Source: Eledone cirrhosa
Taxonomy: Eukaryota
NCBI GenBank assembly: GCA_964016885.1
Contig: OZ024758.1
Location: forward strand, 18,538,001 to 18,602,000
Direction: 5' to 3'
Length of the DNA stretch: 64,000 bases
Below the pieces are notes generated by a model that worked only from the letters and a program-made list of their open reading frames with translations, was not told the origin of the DNA and made no database searches. A program made the position numbers and the translations under genes. Shown here one piece after another: positions 1 to 22,498 of this stretch (position 1 is the stretch's first letter; every line of letters begins with the position of its first letter).

Positions 1-550
1 CAGACTACCTTCACTTGCACAACAACAGTTAATTTACCTCTCTCACAGCAGTTACTGCTACTCAATATAAAGAAGACGTGAGTTACAGACTTCTGAGAGA
101 GATTCTAATCTCTTACTGTCACTACCACCGTAACTACTACAAAAGCATTCGAACACTAACTAACATACCGTGGCTACTGCAACTACTACTATTGGAACCG
201 CTGTATTATAGCACAGCATCATGTACACGCTCTTTTTTTCTTCTACTTCTGGGGGAAAAATTTATGAAGAATTTCGTACAGGACTTGTAAAAGTAGTCGC
301 CTTAATCTTTGTGATAACACCAGCCCTGGGATATACATTTGTGTTACATCTATCTATATAACTTTCTGTGTTTCTTTCTCTTTATTTGTTTATCACTCTC
401 TTTCTCTCTCTCTCTCATTCTTTATCTCTCTCATTCTCTCTTTCTCTCTCTCAATCAATCTCAATTAATCTATATATCTATCACTATCTACGCTGTGTGT
501 ATTGTGTGTCCCTCTATACATACAGACACATATATACATACGTAAACACA

Positions 551-835
<285 letters not shown>

Positions 836-1063
836 AATTACACAAGCACTGTGCCACTGGTCTAATCAGTAGCTCAGTGGTCAATATATATTGACTGTAT
901 TTTTATTTTCTTTGGTTTGCTTTCTTTCGAAAAACAAACAAGCATTCACACGCATTGACATAATTACAAGAACACATAGGAAAACTAGTTACACATAGAT
1001 AAACTTCTGCAGTGATACACATACACACTGACACGTACACAGAGAAATAAATAAATGAATAAA

Positions 1064-1098
<35 letters not shown>

Positions 1099-1448
1099 GA
1101 CGGAGATGCATACATAGTTAAAAATATATATATAATTATTCCACAAAGTTAACTAAAAAATAATATATTTAGCCACGACTCGACATCAAGTAATCAACAT
1201 TGCCAAAGTAATGCAAGGAGAATTATCACCTTGTTTATATCATTTATACAACCACACATTTAATACTTTATCAGGGGCGTTGTTTTTCAGTAGAGCTAAT
1301 TAACACATATCTTATTGTGCACTGAAATTTGGATAAATAGTTTGTACAGATATGTGCACATTTATAAGCCTACATATATAATGACAAATATATCTTGTAA
1401 ATACATATAAACGCACATACTTGAACATACACATACAACCATTCCCAC

Positions 1449-1505
<57 letters not shown>

Positions 1506-1636
1506 CACATGCGCAAGTATATATGCAACACATGACACATAAAACAAACATATATATATATATAGATATCTAAAAAAAAAAAAATTTGTACTAATAAAAA
1601 AAAAATTAATGTGTGCTTATTGACAATCGTAAATAC

Positions 1637-1759
<123 letters not shown>

Positions 1760-2059
1760 GTCAATTTATTTTCGCCTCAATACAAAATTGTGTGAAATTT
1801 TCTACGAAAATTTTATGAAATTATATTAAAAATAAATTATAAATGAACAATTTCAAATAAAGAGATTAAAAAAATTAACATTTTCATTGTGGATATTCTA
1901 CCTGGCCGAAGTGATATCACAGTGAAGTTACCAGTCACAGGTAAAGTTTATATCTTATATCATATAACGTATTATCTCATTCACTTAATAAATATGTATC
2001 TGCAGGCCAGGAATATATGATAGAATCAGATGAACTGCGAAGGCTGATGTTCGACATGC

Positions 2060-3130
<1,071 letters not shown>

Positions 3131-4282
3131 ATCAGTATGAGTCTGTATGTATGCCTGTATACAAATGACAAATGGTGTGTGAAATATGTTTGTTCATACA
3201 CAGCTGAGGTCGTTTCATCTTGCGTAAATTTTCATTAAATGAATAATCGTATTTTCCGACATGGAGAACGCTGTTTTGTCAAAGGGAAAAAAAAATGTCA
3301 TGATAATTTACCCTGTGTCTTGTAGGCCAAATCTCTCGTAAACCTTTGGCCTCATTACTTTATTCTATGTTTCCGATAATTACCAAACCCAAACTGTTGT
3401 GCCCACCACGTCACTGTATCGTCGGGGTTAGGAAATTCTGAATATCACTGGTATACAATGTACTTACTATAAAGTTAAGAAACCAAGTTGCAAATCTGAA
3501 TCTATTCTACCTTACGTTTATAAATTCCTATCCTGTCGGAAATATCTCCCTGTAAAATACTAGGACTACCTGGATATTGGCCTGCTATCCCATACAAAGA
3601 CTACCGTAAATTCATGGATACATCTTACAATGAGAAAATAATGTTTTCCAAACAATTGATGCACATTCGGAAGTTCCTGTTTTCTCCTGGTTTTTCTCCA
3701 CTTTCAATTTCGCATTCTCTCTCTCTCCCTCCTTTCTCTCTCATTGTCTCATGTTCGCTCTCTTTCCCTCTTTCTACCTACTGAAATTCACACACATTCT
3801 CTCCATATATATAAGTTTCTAGTTACATAAACAATAACGCATTCACTATATTTATTTTTGTCCAGCCGGAATTTGCAAACGTACACAAACAAACACACGT
3901 ACACATAAATATACGCATGGAACAAGAGAGGACACTCGCTGTGAATACACGGGCTGCTAAATATATCAACCCTATTCCTTAGAAATCACAAATATTTTTA
4001 AGGTGTCCACATTAGGGCTCTTTAGAGAATTATCTAAAAAATCAATATTGAAATACACATGGTCGAATTTCGAATAATTATATCGTAAAACTTCTCCGAG
4101 TTGCTAACTGGATATAAACAAAACCCAACAACAATGAATACACCAGCACATGTATGTATATTCCTACACATACATATAGCTACAGATAGACTTACGGTGA
4201 AAGCATTTCTGAAAGGGGGGGGGGGGTCAAGTCTGATCAATTTAATTGTAGGGATTAGTTTAGCTATTATCAAATGTCCACC

Positions 4283-4314
<32 letters not shown>

Positions 4315-4371
4315 AAATGGGGAGAAGAATACTGCTGGTTGCACATGGATAACATGTAATAAAATAAGTCC

Positions 4372-4404
<33 letters not shown>

Positions 4405-4429
4405 TATATGTGTGTGCGTGTGTGTGTGT

Positions 4430-4594
4430 ATAAATATTACAATAGCAGATTAAAGAATCGCTGCTTTCACCCTTCACATTAAGGGTGAACGCAGATCTGT
4501 TATTTTAATAAATATTTGCGCTAGGGTTCTTATATATTTGATATATATTTATCCTCATCGAGCCCTCTTTGGATTTTAGACTACGCATTTATTA

Positions 4595-4600
<6 letters not shown>
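4430..4600. mobile_element. Short dispersed element with internal inverted segments (family also at 40015-40177 and 50604-50822)
   Basis: Blocks aatcgctgctttcaccctt, atctgttattttaata and ctttggattttagac/gtc...tttattattatt recur in three places in different order and orientation, each next to (TA)n. Confidence 0.7.
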
Positions 4601-4659
<59 letters not shown>

Positions 4660-5223
4660 TAGATATTAGAAAGTGAGGTTTTTTACAAAATGAAAAATAA
4701 CCGAATTGTCCTACACGAGTGAAAGTATAAAGAAAAAAAGATGAAATCGAAAATGCAACAGGAGTGTTATTTTTTTTTTTAAATATACATATTTATTTGG
4801 TTCCTTTACAGGTTTCGCAGTTCTTCTGCTTTTCAAAAGTAGAGTTGAGATGGACGGTCTGTGGTTTTTCTCACATATATATATATAAAGTTCGATATAC
4901 GATAAACATAACATGTACATAAATTAGACCGCATATAGAATTAGATGTGGGTTTGGGTAGCTTCGGGAGAAAAAATATAATTATTGGGGTGGGGATGCCC
5001 CCGAAATTCCTACCACCCCTGAATCGGACACTTTCACTCTCATGCTTTGCCTAATTATTTAACATTTTTCGACACCAACACGCCTTTTCTAGGAACGTTA
5101 AATGATAAGAGGCGAAGTTATATAAAAACAAAGTGTAAGGGCCAATGACTATTTACAATCTAGTATTTCAAGAGACATTGCTTTCGGTGATACAGCTGTG
5201 AAAGATTGATGGTAATTATGTGT

Positions 5224-5280
<57 letters not shown>

Positions 5281-5289
5281 CAATTAGGG

Positions 5290-5979
5290 TGACAATGTTG
5301 ATGATGATAACGATGGTGATGGTTGTGGATCGGCTGGTTGTGGTGCTGGGCTGCTAGTAAGGATATGATGACATTTGATGATGATTATAATGACCATGAC
5401 GATGATGATGATAATGTGAATGGTGATTGTGGTTGTTGTGGTGGTTCGGGTAGTTGTGGCGATGGTGCTGGTGCCGGTAGGCTATGCTGACGAGGGCGGT
5501 AATAATGGTGTTGTTGAAGACGATGGTGGTGGTATTGGTAGTATGTGTGGTGGCTGTGGTTGTTGGGGTGGTTTTGGCGCTGGTGGTGGTGGTGGTGGTG
5601 GTGTTGGTGGTAATTTTATGATGACGACGATGATGATGATGATGATGATGATGCTGCTGTACAAGATTATGATGGTGGTGACAGTGTTAATGTCTGTGGT
5701 GGTTGTGGTTGTCCGGATTGTGCTGTTGGTATCGATGCTACTGTTGGTACGTAGATGTGGTAAGACGAAGATGATGACAATGCTAAATGCTGATAATCGT
5801 GATGATGATGATGATGATGATGATGATAGAAATGAGACGGAAACAATTATTATGTCACTATTATACTATTACAACTACAACGAACACACTACTACACCAC
5901 TACTACTACTACTACTACTACTAATGCTACTACTATTATTGATAATATTGTTAATAATAATAATAATTATTATTATTAA

Positions 5980-6010
<31 letters not shown>

Positions 6011-6040
6011 GTTATTATTAATATTATTATTTTTATTTTC
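5290..6040. repeat. Mosaic trinucleotide low-complexity tract (GAT, GGT, CTA, TAA, ATT)
   Basis: Direct reading; the 5420-6046 ORF is only poly-V/G/M/D/L/I. Confidence 0.9.
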
Positions 6041-6479
6041 CACTAGTCCATTTTATATTCCAACTAACAGCTGTGACAGGTCATATGGAGATGCACAGAC
6101 ACAAACATATGAACACATAATCTGAGACATATACACATATACACACACACACATAAACACAATAAATCAAAGCAGTAAAAGAACGAACAAATGAATATAA
6201 TTACATTAAACCTTTACTTATGTATACCGCCCCACTCGACACTCATTCACAGACACACATGTACACCAGAGACGGCTGAAAGGTTCGTAGACCGTCAAAG
6301 ACATTCTCATTGAGTTACGAAATGCGGTTAATTTCTCGACATATTCAGCAGAAAGAAACAATGTTCTTATAAGAGTGGAAATAAAAGCATGCAATATTTC
6401 ACTGTTCGAGCCTCACACCATTTTAGCCGATCCTCGTATATATAGTTATATCTATCTATCTATCTATCTATGTATCTAT

Positions 6480-6597
6480 GTTATTTTATTTTTATATATT
6501 GTCATTGCCTCCTCCTTATTGAGGAGGCCTTGTTTTGTAAACTCCCCCCATTGTACTTGTCCCACTTTTGATGCCCTGGTGGCAGATAAAAGAAACA
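6480..6597 (+). mobile_element. 5'-truncated 3'UTR of a Tx1-related LINE inserted in (TATC)n, with a 15-bp TSD
   Basis: tgtaaactcccccc...ttgtccc...tgccctggtggcagataaaagaaac resembles the 3' end of the full element (58975-59046); flanked by tatctatgtatctat at 6465-6479 and 6598-6612. Confidence 0.65.
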
Positions 6598-6815
6598 TAT
6601 CTATGTATCTATCTATATATATATCTTTATATATATTTATTGTATACATTACTTACTGTGTACCTTACTTACTGTCTCCTTCTATACAATAAATATATTT
6701 TACTCTGCCATGTATTGAGTACCTTACTTACTGTGGTTATCCCCGACTAAGCCCGGGACCTACGTATCTATATATAGATTAGATAGATAGCTATCGCTCT
6801 CTCTCTCTATCTCTC

Positions 6816-7937
<1,122 letters not shown>

Positions 7938-8230
7938 AGTTGAAATAAAATGAAAACGAAATTTCATTTCTCACTCTTAGTACGGCACTTACTTAAATGT
8001 AAGTATGTGTGTATACGTACATACATATATGTATACAGGCGTACAGTAGCATGCATATATATATATATATATAGATACAGGTACACATACATATATGCAC
8101 GTATCAGTTTAGCGGACGCTTATTATAACGCCGCTTTGTTCGTTTGTAAACAAACTCGACAGCCTGAATTGTTATGCCGTACGGTGTTAAGGCAACCACG
8201 TCACCTATTTGTTCAACACTGACACAGGAA

Positions 8231-8271
8231 CCATGTACTAGTTTCAAGCTTGTTAGCTATCATCAGCACCG
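8231..8271 (-). ncRNA. Candidate minimal type-I hammerhead ribozyme (Penelope-like pLTR fragment)
   Basis: Minus strand reads cggtg CTGATGA tagct-aaca-agctt GAAA-CTAG-TA catgg: intact core, AGCT/AGCT stem II, palindromic ACTAGT stem III, imperfect stem I. Confidence 0.55.
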
Positions 8272-8334
8272 TATACCCATCTGCCAGATAGTTGAACGTT
8301 CGAAAGTATATACTTTCCTTATGAAAATTATGAA

Positions 8335-10260
<1,926 letters not shown>

Positions 10261-10294
10261 TAAGATCAAAAGATGCTTAAAGGAGTTCCATATA

Positions 10295-10360
10295 TTTTAT
10301 TATGCGCATTTCAAAACAAACATCATCAAGCAATAATATTTGTGTGTTCATCAGATAAAA
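10295..10360 (-). ncRNA. Type-I hammerhead ribozyme motif
   Basis: Minus strand reads ttttat CTGATGA acacacaaatattattgcttgatgatgtttgtttt GAAA TGCGCA TA ataaaa; 6-bp stem I, long stem II, palindromic stem III. Confidence 0.7.
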
Positions 10361-10481
10361 CAGGAGAACATGATATGAACGCTAAAAAACACTTGTTGAT
10401 AGTGCAGTTTTAAATCAACATATCAGTTTTAAACTGCACTATCAACAAGTGTTTTTTTAGCCTTCATATCATGTTCTCCTG

Positions 10482-10548
10482 TTTTACCTGATGAAAACAC
10501 AAATATTATTGCTTGATGATGTTTGTTTTTGAAATGCGCATAATAAAA
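10482..10548 (+). ncRNA. Type-I hammerhead ribozyme motif
   Basis: ttttac CTGATGA aaacacaaatattattgcttgatgatgtttgttttt GAAA TGCGCA TA ataaaa; one mismatch at the base of stem I. Confidence 0.65.
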
Positions 10549-10674
10549 TATATGGAACTCCTTTAACCATCTTTTGAACTTATAGTATGCATACTCCAGT
10601 CCCACAAACTATAGAGTGCTTATTATCCGATACCTGCATTGCTTTATTGTACTACAATAAAACTCACCTCCTAC

Positions 10675-10745
<71 letters not shown>

Positions 10746-10772
10746 TATATACATATATATATACATATATAT

Positions 10773-10888
10773 ACGTCAAAACAGAAACTGACCACACAAA
10801 TTCAAGAAGTCTTTGGACAAATTCCTCCAAGTAATCCCGGACAAACCACCCACACCCGGATATGTCTCCGCAAACAGTAATTCTCTTC
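10773..10888 (+). mobile_element. CR1-type LINE 3' fragment
   Basis: Near-identical to 18229-18345 ([30 protein letters not shown]). Confidence 0.85.
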
Positions 10889-11058
10889 TATATATATATA
10901 TATATGTATATATATATACATATATATATATATTATGTATTTACATATATATATATGTATTTAAATACATATATGTATATATATATATATATGTATTTAC
11001 ATACATATATGTATATATATATATATGTATATATAAATATATATATAAATATATTTAC

Positions 11059-11103
<45 letters not shown>

Positions 11104-11201
11104 CTTGTATATATATATATATACCTATATATATATATACATATATTTATATATATAATATATATATGTATATATAAATATATATATATAAATATATTTA
11201 C

Positions 11202-11234
<33 letters not shown>

Positions 11235-11287
11235 AATATATTTACATATATATGTATATACATATATACATATTTATACATATATAA

Positions 11288-11340
<53 letters not shown>

Positions 11341-11367
11341 TATATACATATATATATACATATATAT

Positions 11368-11597
11368 ACGTCAAAACAGAAACTGACCACACAAAATTCA
11401 AGAAGTCTTTGGACAAATTCCTCCAAGTAATCCCGGACAAACCACCCACACCCGGATATGTCTCCGCAAACAGTAATTCTCTTCTCGAATGGGCCATGGT
11501 GCCCAAATCCTGAATTGAAAGACTTCGCCAGGTGGTGCTATTAAGTTAGACATGGCCTGGGCCAATACTGGCCAAAACATTTCAAAGTTATTCAAAG
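11368..11597 (+). mobile_element. CR1-type LINE 3' end including 3'UTR
   Basis: Near-identical to 18229-18460; ends in ttcaaagtta-like tail repeats. Confidence 0.85.
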
Positions 11598-11629
11598 CTA
11601 ATATATAATTTAATATTTTCAAAGTTATT

Positions 11630-11829
11630 NNNNNNNNNNNNNNNNNNNNNNNNNNNNNNNNNNNNNNNNNNNNNNNNNNNNNNNNNNNNNNNNNNNNNNN
11701 NNNNNNNNNNNNNNNNNNNNNNNNNNNNNNNNNNNNNNNNNNNNNNNNNNNNNNNNNNNNNNNNNNNNNNNNNNNNNNNNNNNNNNNNNNNNNNNNNNNN
11801 NNNNNNNNNNNNNNNNNNNNNNNNNNNNN
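11630..11829. other. Assembly gap (200 N)
   Basis: Run of N. Confidence 1.
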
Positions 11830-12013
11830 ATGACATTAAACTGAAGGTCGAAAGAACAGACAAGAGTAGGATATCTTATATCTGCTATATTATTTCGATT
11901 TGATAAATAATTTTATATACTATAGAAAGATCAATAATTTTATTACATTAAGATACTAACACAACCTATTAAATCGAGTGCTGGGTGAGGTTTCTATAAT
12001 GCCAATCATCATA

Positions 12014-12104
12014 TTAACTTTGCCTTTCATCCTTACAGGGTCGATTAAATATCGTACGAATAATGCAATGGAAGAATTGGTCGCCTTGTGCCAATACGAA
12101 ATAA
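12014..12104 (+). mobile_element. tRNA-SINE 3' half, diverged
   Basis: ttaactttgcctttcatccttacagggtcgat...gccttgtgccaatacgaaataatt matches the SINE family at 23160-23722 in the opposite orientation. Confidence 0.75.
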
Positions 12105-13766
12105 TTCAAATGATTTGAACAGAACAAATATAAAATGTGATTAGAAGTTTAATGAACAAGTAATATTGTTTTTAAAAAATGACTACACAGAGACATACAT
12201 TGTTTACCTACAGTAAACCAAATAAAAAGAGCTCATGTCACGGCCTATTTCAAGTCACCTGTGGTGACCATATACGCAGTAGTATGATCACCTCCGAATA
12301 AAACATATTCCTTTGAAAGATCACCTTTTGACAGTTAAACGTCATTTCTGATTGCACTTGTGTATGCAACATTATGGATATATAAAGATTATTTTTGAGA
12401 ATGTAACTTATTGCTGTTTTAAGGCAAGTACTTGACAACTCTCTGGGGACGGAACATTATATCTGCCACACAGAACACATGGTAGTTCAGTCAATGCATT
12501 TTCGGTGATGGTAGATAGGTTTGAACTGAGGGCGCAAAGATGCTGAATATGTGAACCACAAAATCACATATGACACTTTTAAATTGATCTTAAACGAACA
12601 TGAACAATTGCGGAAGCATTGAACTTAACTCTCTAAAATTATCGACTTCTCGCATATCAAATATATATTGATATATTGAACGATAAAGTCCTTCATGTCA
12701 GTGCATACGCGGTTTTCATCATTGGAGCATATTTGACCAAAATGTTTGAGGAATATGCCTGACCCAGACCAAAAAATGTACTGAAACTACAATCTCAATA
12801 TTTTCGGTGTTAAGGTAGATGAATCAAAATAATATGGAAATGTGATAAGATATTTAAGTATAGTATCAAATGTATCATGTTGTTTGCAGGAAACATATTA
12901 TTAAATAAAATATATATTTTGCATCCATTCAAAAGCTATTATCGAAGTAAATTCCATTCAATTAAGACCTGAAACCATATAATATCTTAACGGTTGAACA
13001 GTGTTCAAACAGGAAGTAAACGTCTCCATTCTTAAATATTTCAAACGTGTTGCTAGTAATTTCCCACATTCAGCTTAATAATGTGATGTCTGTTGTCACC
13101 AGTGATATTAAGGTAAATATATTATAATGCTCAAAGTTATAAATCAGTATTTATTGAATATCAATTTTCGGAAATCGTTTTATAGATAGAATATTTCCTT
13201 AATAAAAACAAACATTAACATTTATATTATTGGCGATTTCTGAAGTGCTATGATTTTAATCTCGAAATGATTAAACGTTGTGTTTATATTTAGAGACTAA
13301 AACTAAATTTAATAGAAAATAAACTATAAAAGAAATTAAATATAACAAAAACATAGAAACTATAGCAATAAAATAAGCACAAACAATTTGATTTAATTTC
13401 GTGATACGAATATTTAGATTTTTTTTTTCAATGTTTCTGAAATCACTTCGTAAATAGACATTTGTGATAAGGTTTATATAAATATTGTAGATGTATATAC
13501 ATTAATATATGAATAATAATATTAATAATAACAATAATAAATATCATAAATATTAAAAACTTCAATATTCACATTTAATTAATTAAATGTTTGCTTTAAT
13601 CAATAATTTATGAACTGGTACTGAAGTTGCTGATTTCACCAGTTTTTAAATCAATAATTACATGAGAAACGATCAAGAATGCACTTATCTTCCATTGAAT
13701 GATTTTAGTTCATGAGACGTAACACTCTTAAGACAAGTGAGACATATGGTAGAAAGGGAAGAATTG

Positions 13767-14025
13767 GATAAATAGCGGATCTCATAACTTTAGATCACAG
13801 ACCTCTGTGAACAAGTAAAACTTCACTACGTACGAATTTGCTCCCAAACATATTTACAGGAAAGACAAGTAATGAAAGCATAGTTGGGAGATTTAGATAC
13901 ATTAGATAAATAGCGAATTTTATAATTCTATATCACAAACCTGTCAGAAAAGGAAAATGTTCACTACGTACGTATTTGCACCAAACCCTATTTAATTGAA
14001 AGACAAGTAATGAAAGTATATTGCC
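13767..14025. repeat. Diverged tandem duplication, period about 138 bp
   Basis: gataaatagcg...ttcactacgtacg...gaaagacaagtaatgaaag occurs at 13767 and 13905. Confidence 0.8.
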
Positions 14026-16385
14026 ATAGACATAATTATACATTAGGATGGTGATTCGTATCTGTCCTGCACGATAGTTCCGATATAATGCCATTAATTT
14101 ACTGCAATCATTGACTATAACGAAATAGTGAAACATTTGTAGCGAAACCCGAAATGCGTGAAATATAATTAAAGTATGAACGACGTCTGTTCATGTAAAA
14201 TTTGTTTTGTTGCACAAAATGAACAAAACAAATGTTTTTTATCAGTACTTGAGCAGAATCATACGATACGGTCTAAAGATAAAACCACAGTAATATATTC
14301 ACGCAAATGTACTGCATACACCTTTAAGAAGTAACACAATAATTATATTTACGCTCACATCATCGGGTCGGCAGCTGAGTATATGTGTACGTTTATGAGT
14401 AGAATAGTTTCAAACAAAAGATATAGAATCCAGTTGTTTATTGTTTAATCCATCTCACCTCCTTTATTAAAAAAAAAAATACGAAGGCAATCTAAATTCA
14501 CATATATCAATGTTCGGTCCATATTTCAGGCCAAACTAAAAATGGTTTAAGATTCAGGTCAACGTTGGCCCAGTTCCGTCAATCTCGACAACGTCAATAA
14601 TCCCAAGCGTCATCTTATTCTGCTTGGGAACTCAATCCGAGCAGAATCATCAAGCACGCCTTGCGGCGGGTGCTATCAGATGTAACCCTCTCCAATGGAT
14701 CTGGCAGGATCTCCAAGTGAGAAAAGCCAAGTTCATGGATGTGATTTCTCAATTTGAAAAAAAGGCAACTTCTCTACCCATGGTGTCATTCTGCTCATCA
14801 AGCTACCCATTCTATCGTTCTGGGAGAAATATTTAATAATCAGTAAGCTATGAGTATTTTTTATACGGACCCATGCTAAAAGAAACAAGCCCCAAGCAGA
14901 CACCCAAACCTGTGTATGAGTTATTGTGCGCTATACGTGTGCTTTTGTGAGAGAATAGGTATTATAATATCGACAGGCATAAAAGGTATGATTCATACCT
15001 GAACGGTCACGTGTATAAATGTTTGTGATGAGCGAGATGCCCAGGTCACCAGAAAAAACAGACATATTATGTTAGAGAGTGGAAGGGAAACATAAATTAC
15101 CACAATCAGAAATTTGATATGAGATGGAAACGTTTGAAAAAAATAAACCATTAAACGTAACGCGTAACATAAATCACTCATGAATGAAAAGTTAAACTAT
15201 ACGAATATTTTCGTATGGGTATGCTTTTATTTCTAAATTTATTTTTGTACAACGATTACTGCTATATCCATTTATCCGTACATTCATTCATAAATACCTA
15301 CAAAATGTGACACATGTACATACATTTCCCGAACTGGATTATTGAGGCATGGTTAGATATTTATTCATAAAATATAGGAAATATTCCATCCGCACATGCG
15401 TTTAATTGCATGTCTTTTGCTTCTTACTTCATACGAATTGATATGTTGTAGTCAACAAATATACTCTATAGATTTCCCATAATCCCCTGTGAAGATGTTT
15501 CCTACAAGCTATATATATATATATATATATTTCTACAAATGAACGCAAGCGAAATCCATTTGGCTGTCTTATACTTTGCTTACATGATCTCATGCCAGAT
15601 ATATAGACATATATTAATTTAAATGGTTACATCTGTCTAACAGAGAAAAATCAAGCGGCTAGGGAAATCAGAATGATGTTCTGTTAATGTTGGACAATTC
15701 TTAGAATTAAGATGAGAAAATTAATGTGAAAACTCCGTGCGAAATTTAATATTTTTATCGTGATATCTTCACAAAGAGATAAACTTATAAAGTTACTTCA
15801 AGCGAAATATTTCGTCTAACACCAATTAAATGCAGCAAGTTTCATCACATGGTTGTATGAATATTAATTTGAATTATAGATCCTTATAAATAGAAAGTAT
15901 AGAACCCGGTAAAAAATGTCGTAATATAAGAATTGTTTTGATGTGAGAGTGCGTACCGGTATATTGGGAGGTATGTGTTCAAACATATAGGTATTTACAG
16001 GTAGTTACAGACAATATATATGTCTCTATGTTTTAAAAAAAAAAATGTAAATAGAGTAGATCAAAACATAAGATCAAAATCTAATCATGTTCCTGTTTGT
16101 TAAAGGTTGATCATATACACACATACAGATATACGATAATGTGATAGTACGTATGTGTATATGTGTATATATTCCAATTTATAGACAAGGAAAAATAGTA
16201 CTCGCAATATAAAATGATATGTAACCGAGAATCAAAATGTTCCACTACCATAAGTGTGTCTATGTATCCGTTTGTATTCCATACTCTAGTTTCCTTGATA
16301 AATCTTGTCAATTACCTTTAAGAACTTTCGTGAAATAATATCACCACAGTAAAGAAATAATTCTACACACACAATCCCTCTCTCC

Positions 16386-17203
<818 letters not shown>

Positions 17204-17204
17204 T

Positions 17205-18460
17205 AACACTGATGTTATCTACCTTGATTTCAGCAAGGCCTTTGACAGGGTTGATCATAACATTCTACTGAGAAAACTGTCCAATATTGGTGTCACTGGA
17301 AAGCTGCTGCAGTGGATCAAGAGCTTCCTGTCAAACAGAACCCAACATGTTGTAGTTGAAGGAGTCAAATCCAGCCCAGCCAAAATCAGTAGTAGGGTCC
17401 CACAAGGCACTGTGTTGGGCCCACTTCTCTTCATCATCTATATTAATGACATCACTGACATCATCAAACACAGCAACATTAAAATTTTCGCTGATGATTC
17501 CAAGCTCCAAAAGGTCATCAATGACGTGGATGACCGGATAAGCCTTCAGTCAGACCTACTGGCTGTTACCCAATGGACGGAAGAGAACAATATGTTACTG
17601 AACGAAGACAAATTCGAGCTGATCCACTTTGGAAAAGAGGATGCTCTGAAACTCCCGTACATCCTTCCCTCCGGGGAAACTCTCGTGGCATCTAACAACA
17701 TCAGAGACTTGGGAGTAACCGTGGACAGCAACATAAGCTGGGCCACGCATATAAGCAGCAAAGTTGACATGGCCCGCAGAATGTGTTCCTGGATACTCAG
17801 AACCTTCCAGTCGAGAGATTCCCACACCATTATCCTTCTCTGCTCTACATTTGCCCGACCACACCTTGAATACTGTTGTTCACTGTGGTCTCCCCACACG
17901 AAACATATTATCATGAAACTTGAAGCTCCTCAAAGGGCAATCACGAAAAAGATAGATGGTATGTCAGACCTTGACTACTGGGGTCGACTAGAAAAGCTGA
18001 AACTTTACTCACTCCAACGTCGCCGTGAGCGTTATATTATCTGCATGATGTGGAAAATGTTCCATCATCACTGACCAAATGATGTTGGCATCGCCTTCAA
18101 GATACACCCAAGGCTTGGGCCCCGTGCTATCCGTCCCATACAAAAATCTAAATTGCAACTCATAACAACAATACGGCACAATTATTTCACCTCAATTGGC
18201 CCTGCTCTCTTCAACATCACACCAGGACACGTCAAAACAGATACTGACCACACAAAATTCAAGAAGTCTTTGGACAAATTCTTCCAAGTAATCCCGGAAA
18301 AACCACCCACACCCGGATATGTCTCCGCAAACAGCAATTCTCTTCTCGAATGGGCCATGGTGCCCAAACCCTGAATTGAAAGACTTCGCACAGTGGTGCT
18401 ATTAATTTAGACATGGTCTGGGCCAATACTGGCCAAAACATTTCAACGTTATTCAAAGTT
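17205..18460 (+). pseudogene. 5'-truncated CR1-clade non-LTR retrotransposon (RT domain to 3'UTR)
   Basis: One frame from 17205: [16 protein letters not shown]...WIKSFLSNRTQ...VPQGTVLGPLLF...FADDSK...RPHLEYC...LYSLQRRRER; single premature TGA at 18072-18074, then ...GPALFN...KFKKSLDKF to stop at 18374; 3'UTR to 18460; both flanks (TA)n. Confidence 0.92.
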
Positions 18461-22497
<4,037 letters not shown>

Positions 22498-22498
22498 A

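Larger units (their letters stand above)
10259..10671 (+). mobile_element. Non-autonomous Penelope-like/retrozyme-like fold-back element (about 155-bp inverted arms, 10259-10584, plus a tail to 10671)
   Basis: Near-perfect palindrome centred near 10420; the same arm and the same tail (tactccagtc...aactcacctcc) recur at 37145-37477; an arm fragment is at 19497-19560. Confidence 0.8.

Noticed and set aside
5420-6046. 208-aa ORF with poly-G/M/D/I, and similar ORFs at 34563-35131 and 60907-61599
   Set aside because: Trinucleotide mosaics
6265-6345. Possible mariner TIR fragment
   Set aside because: Too short and diverged; no partner TIR or transposase nearby
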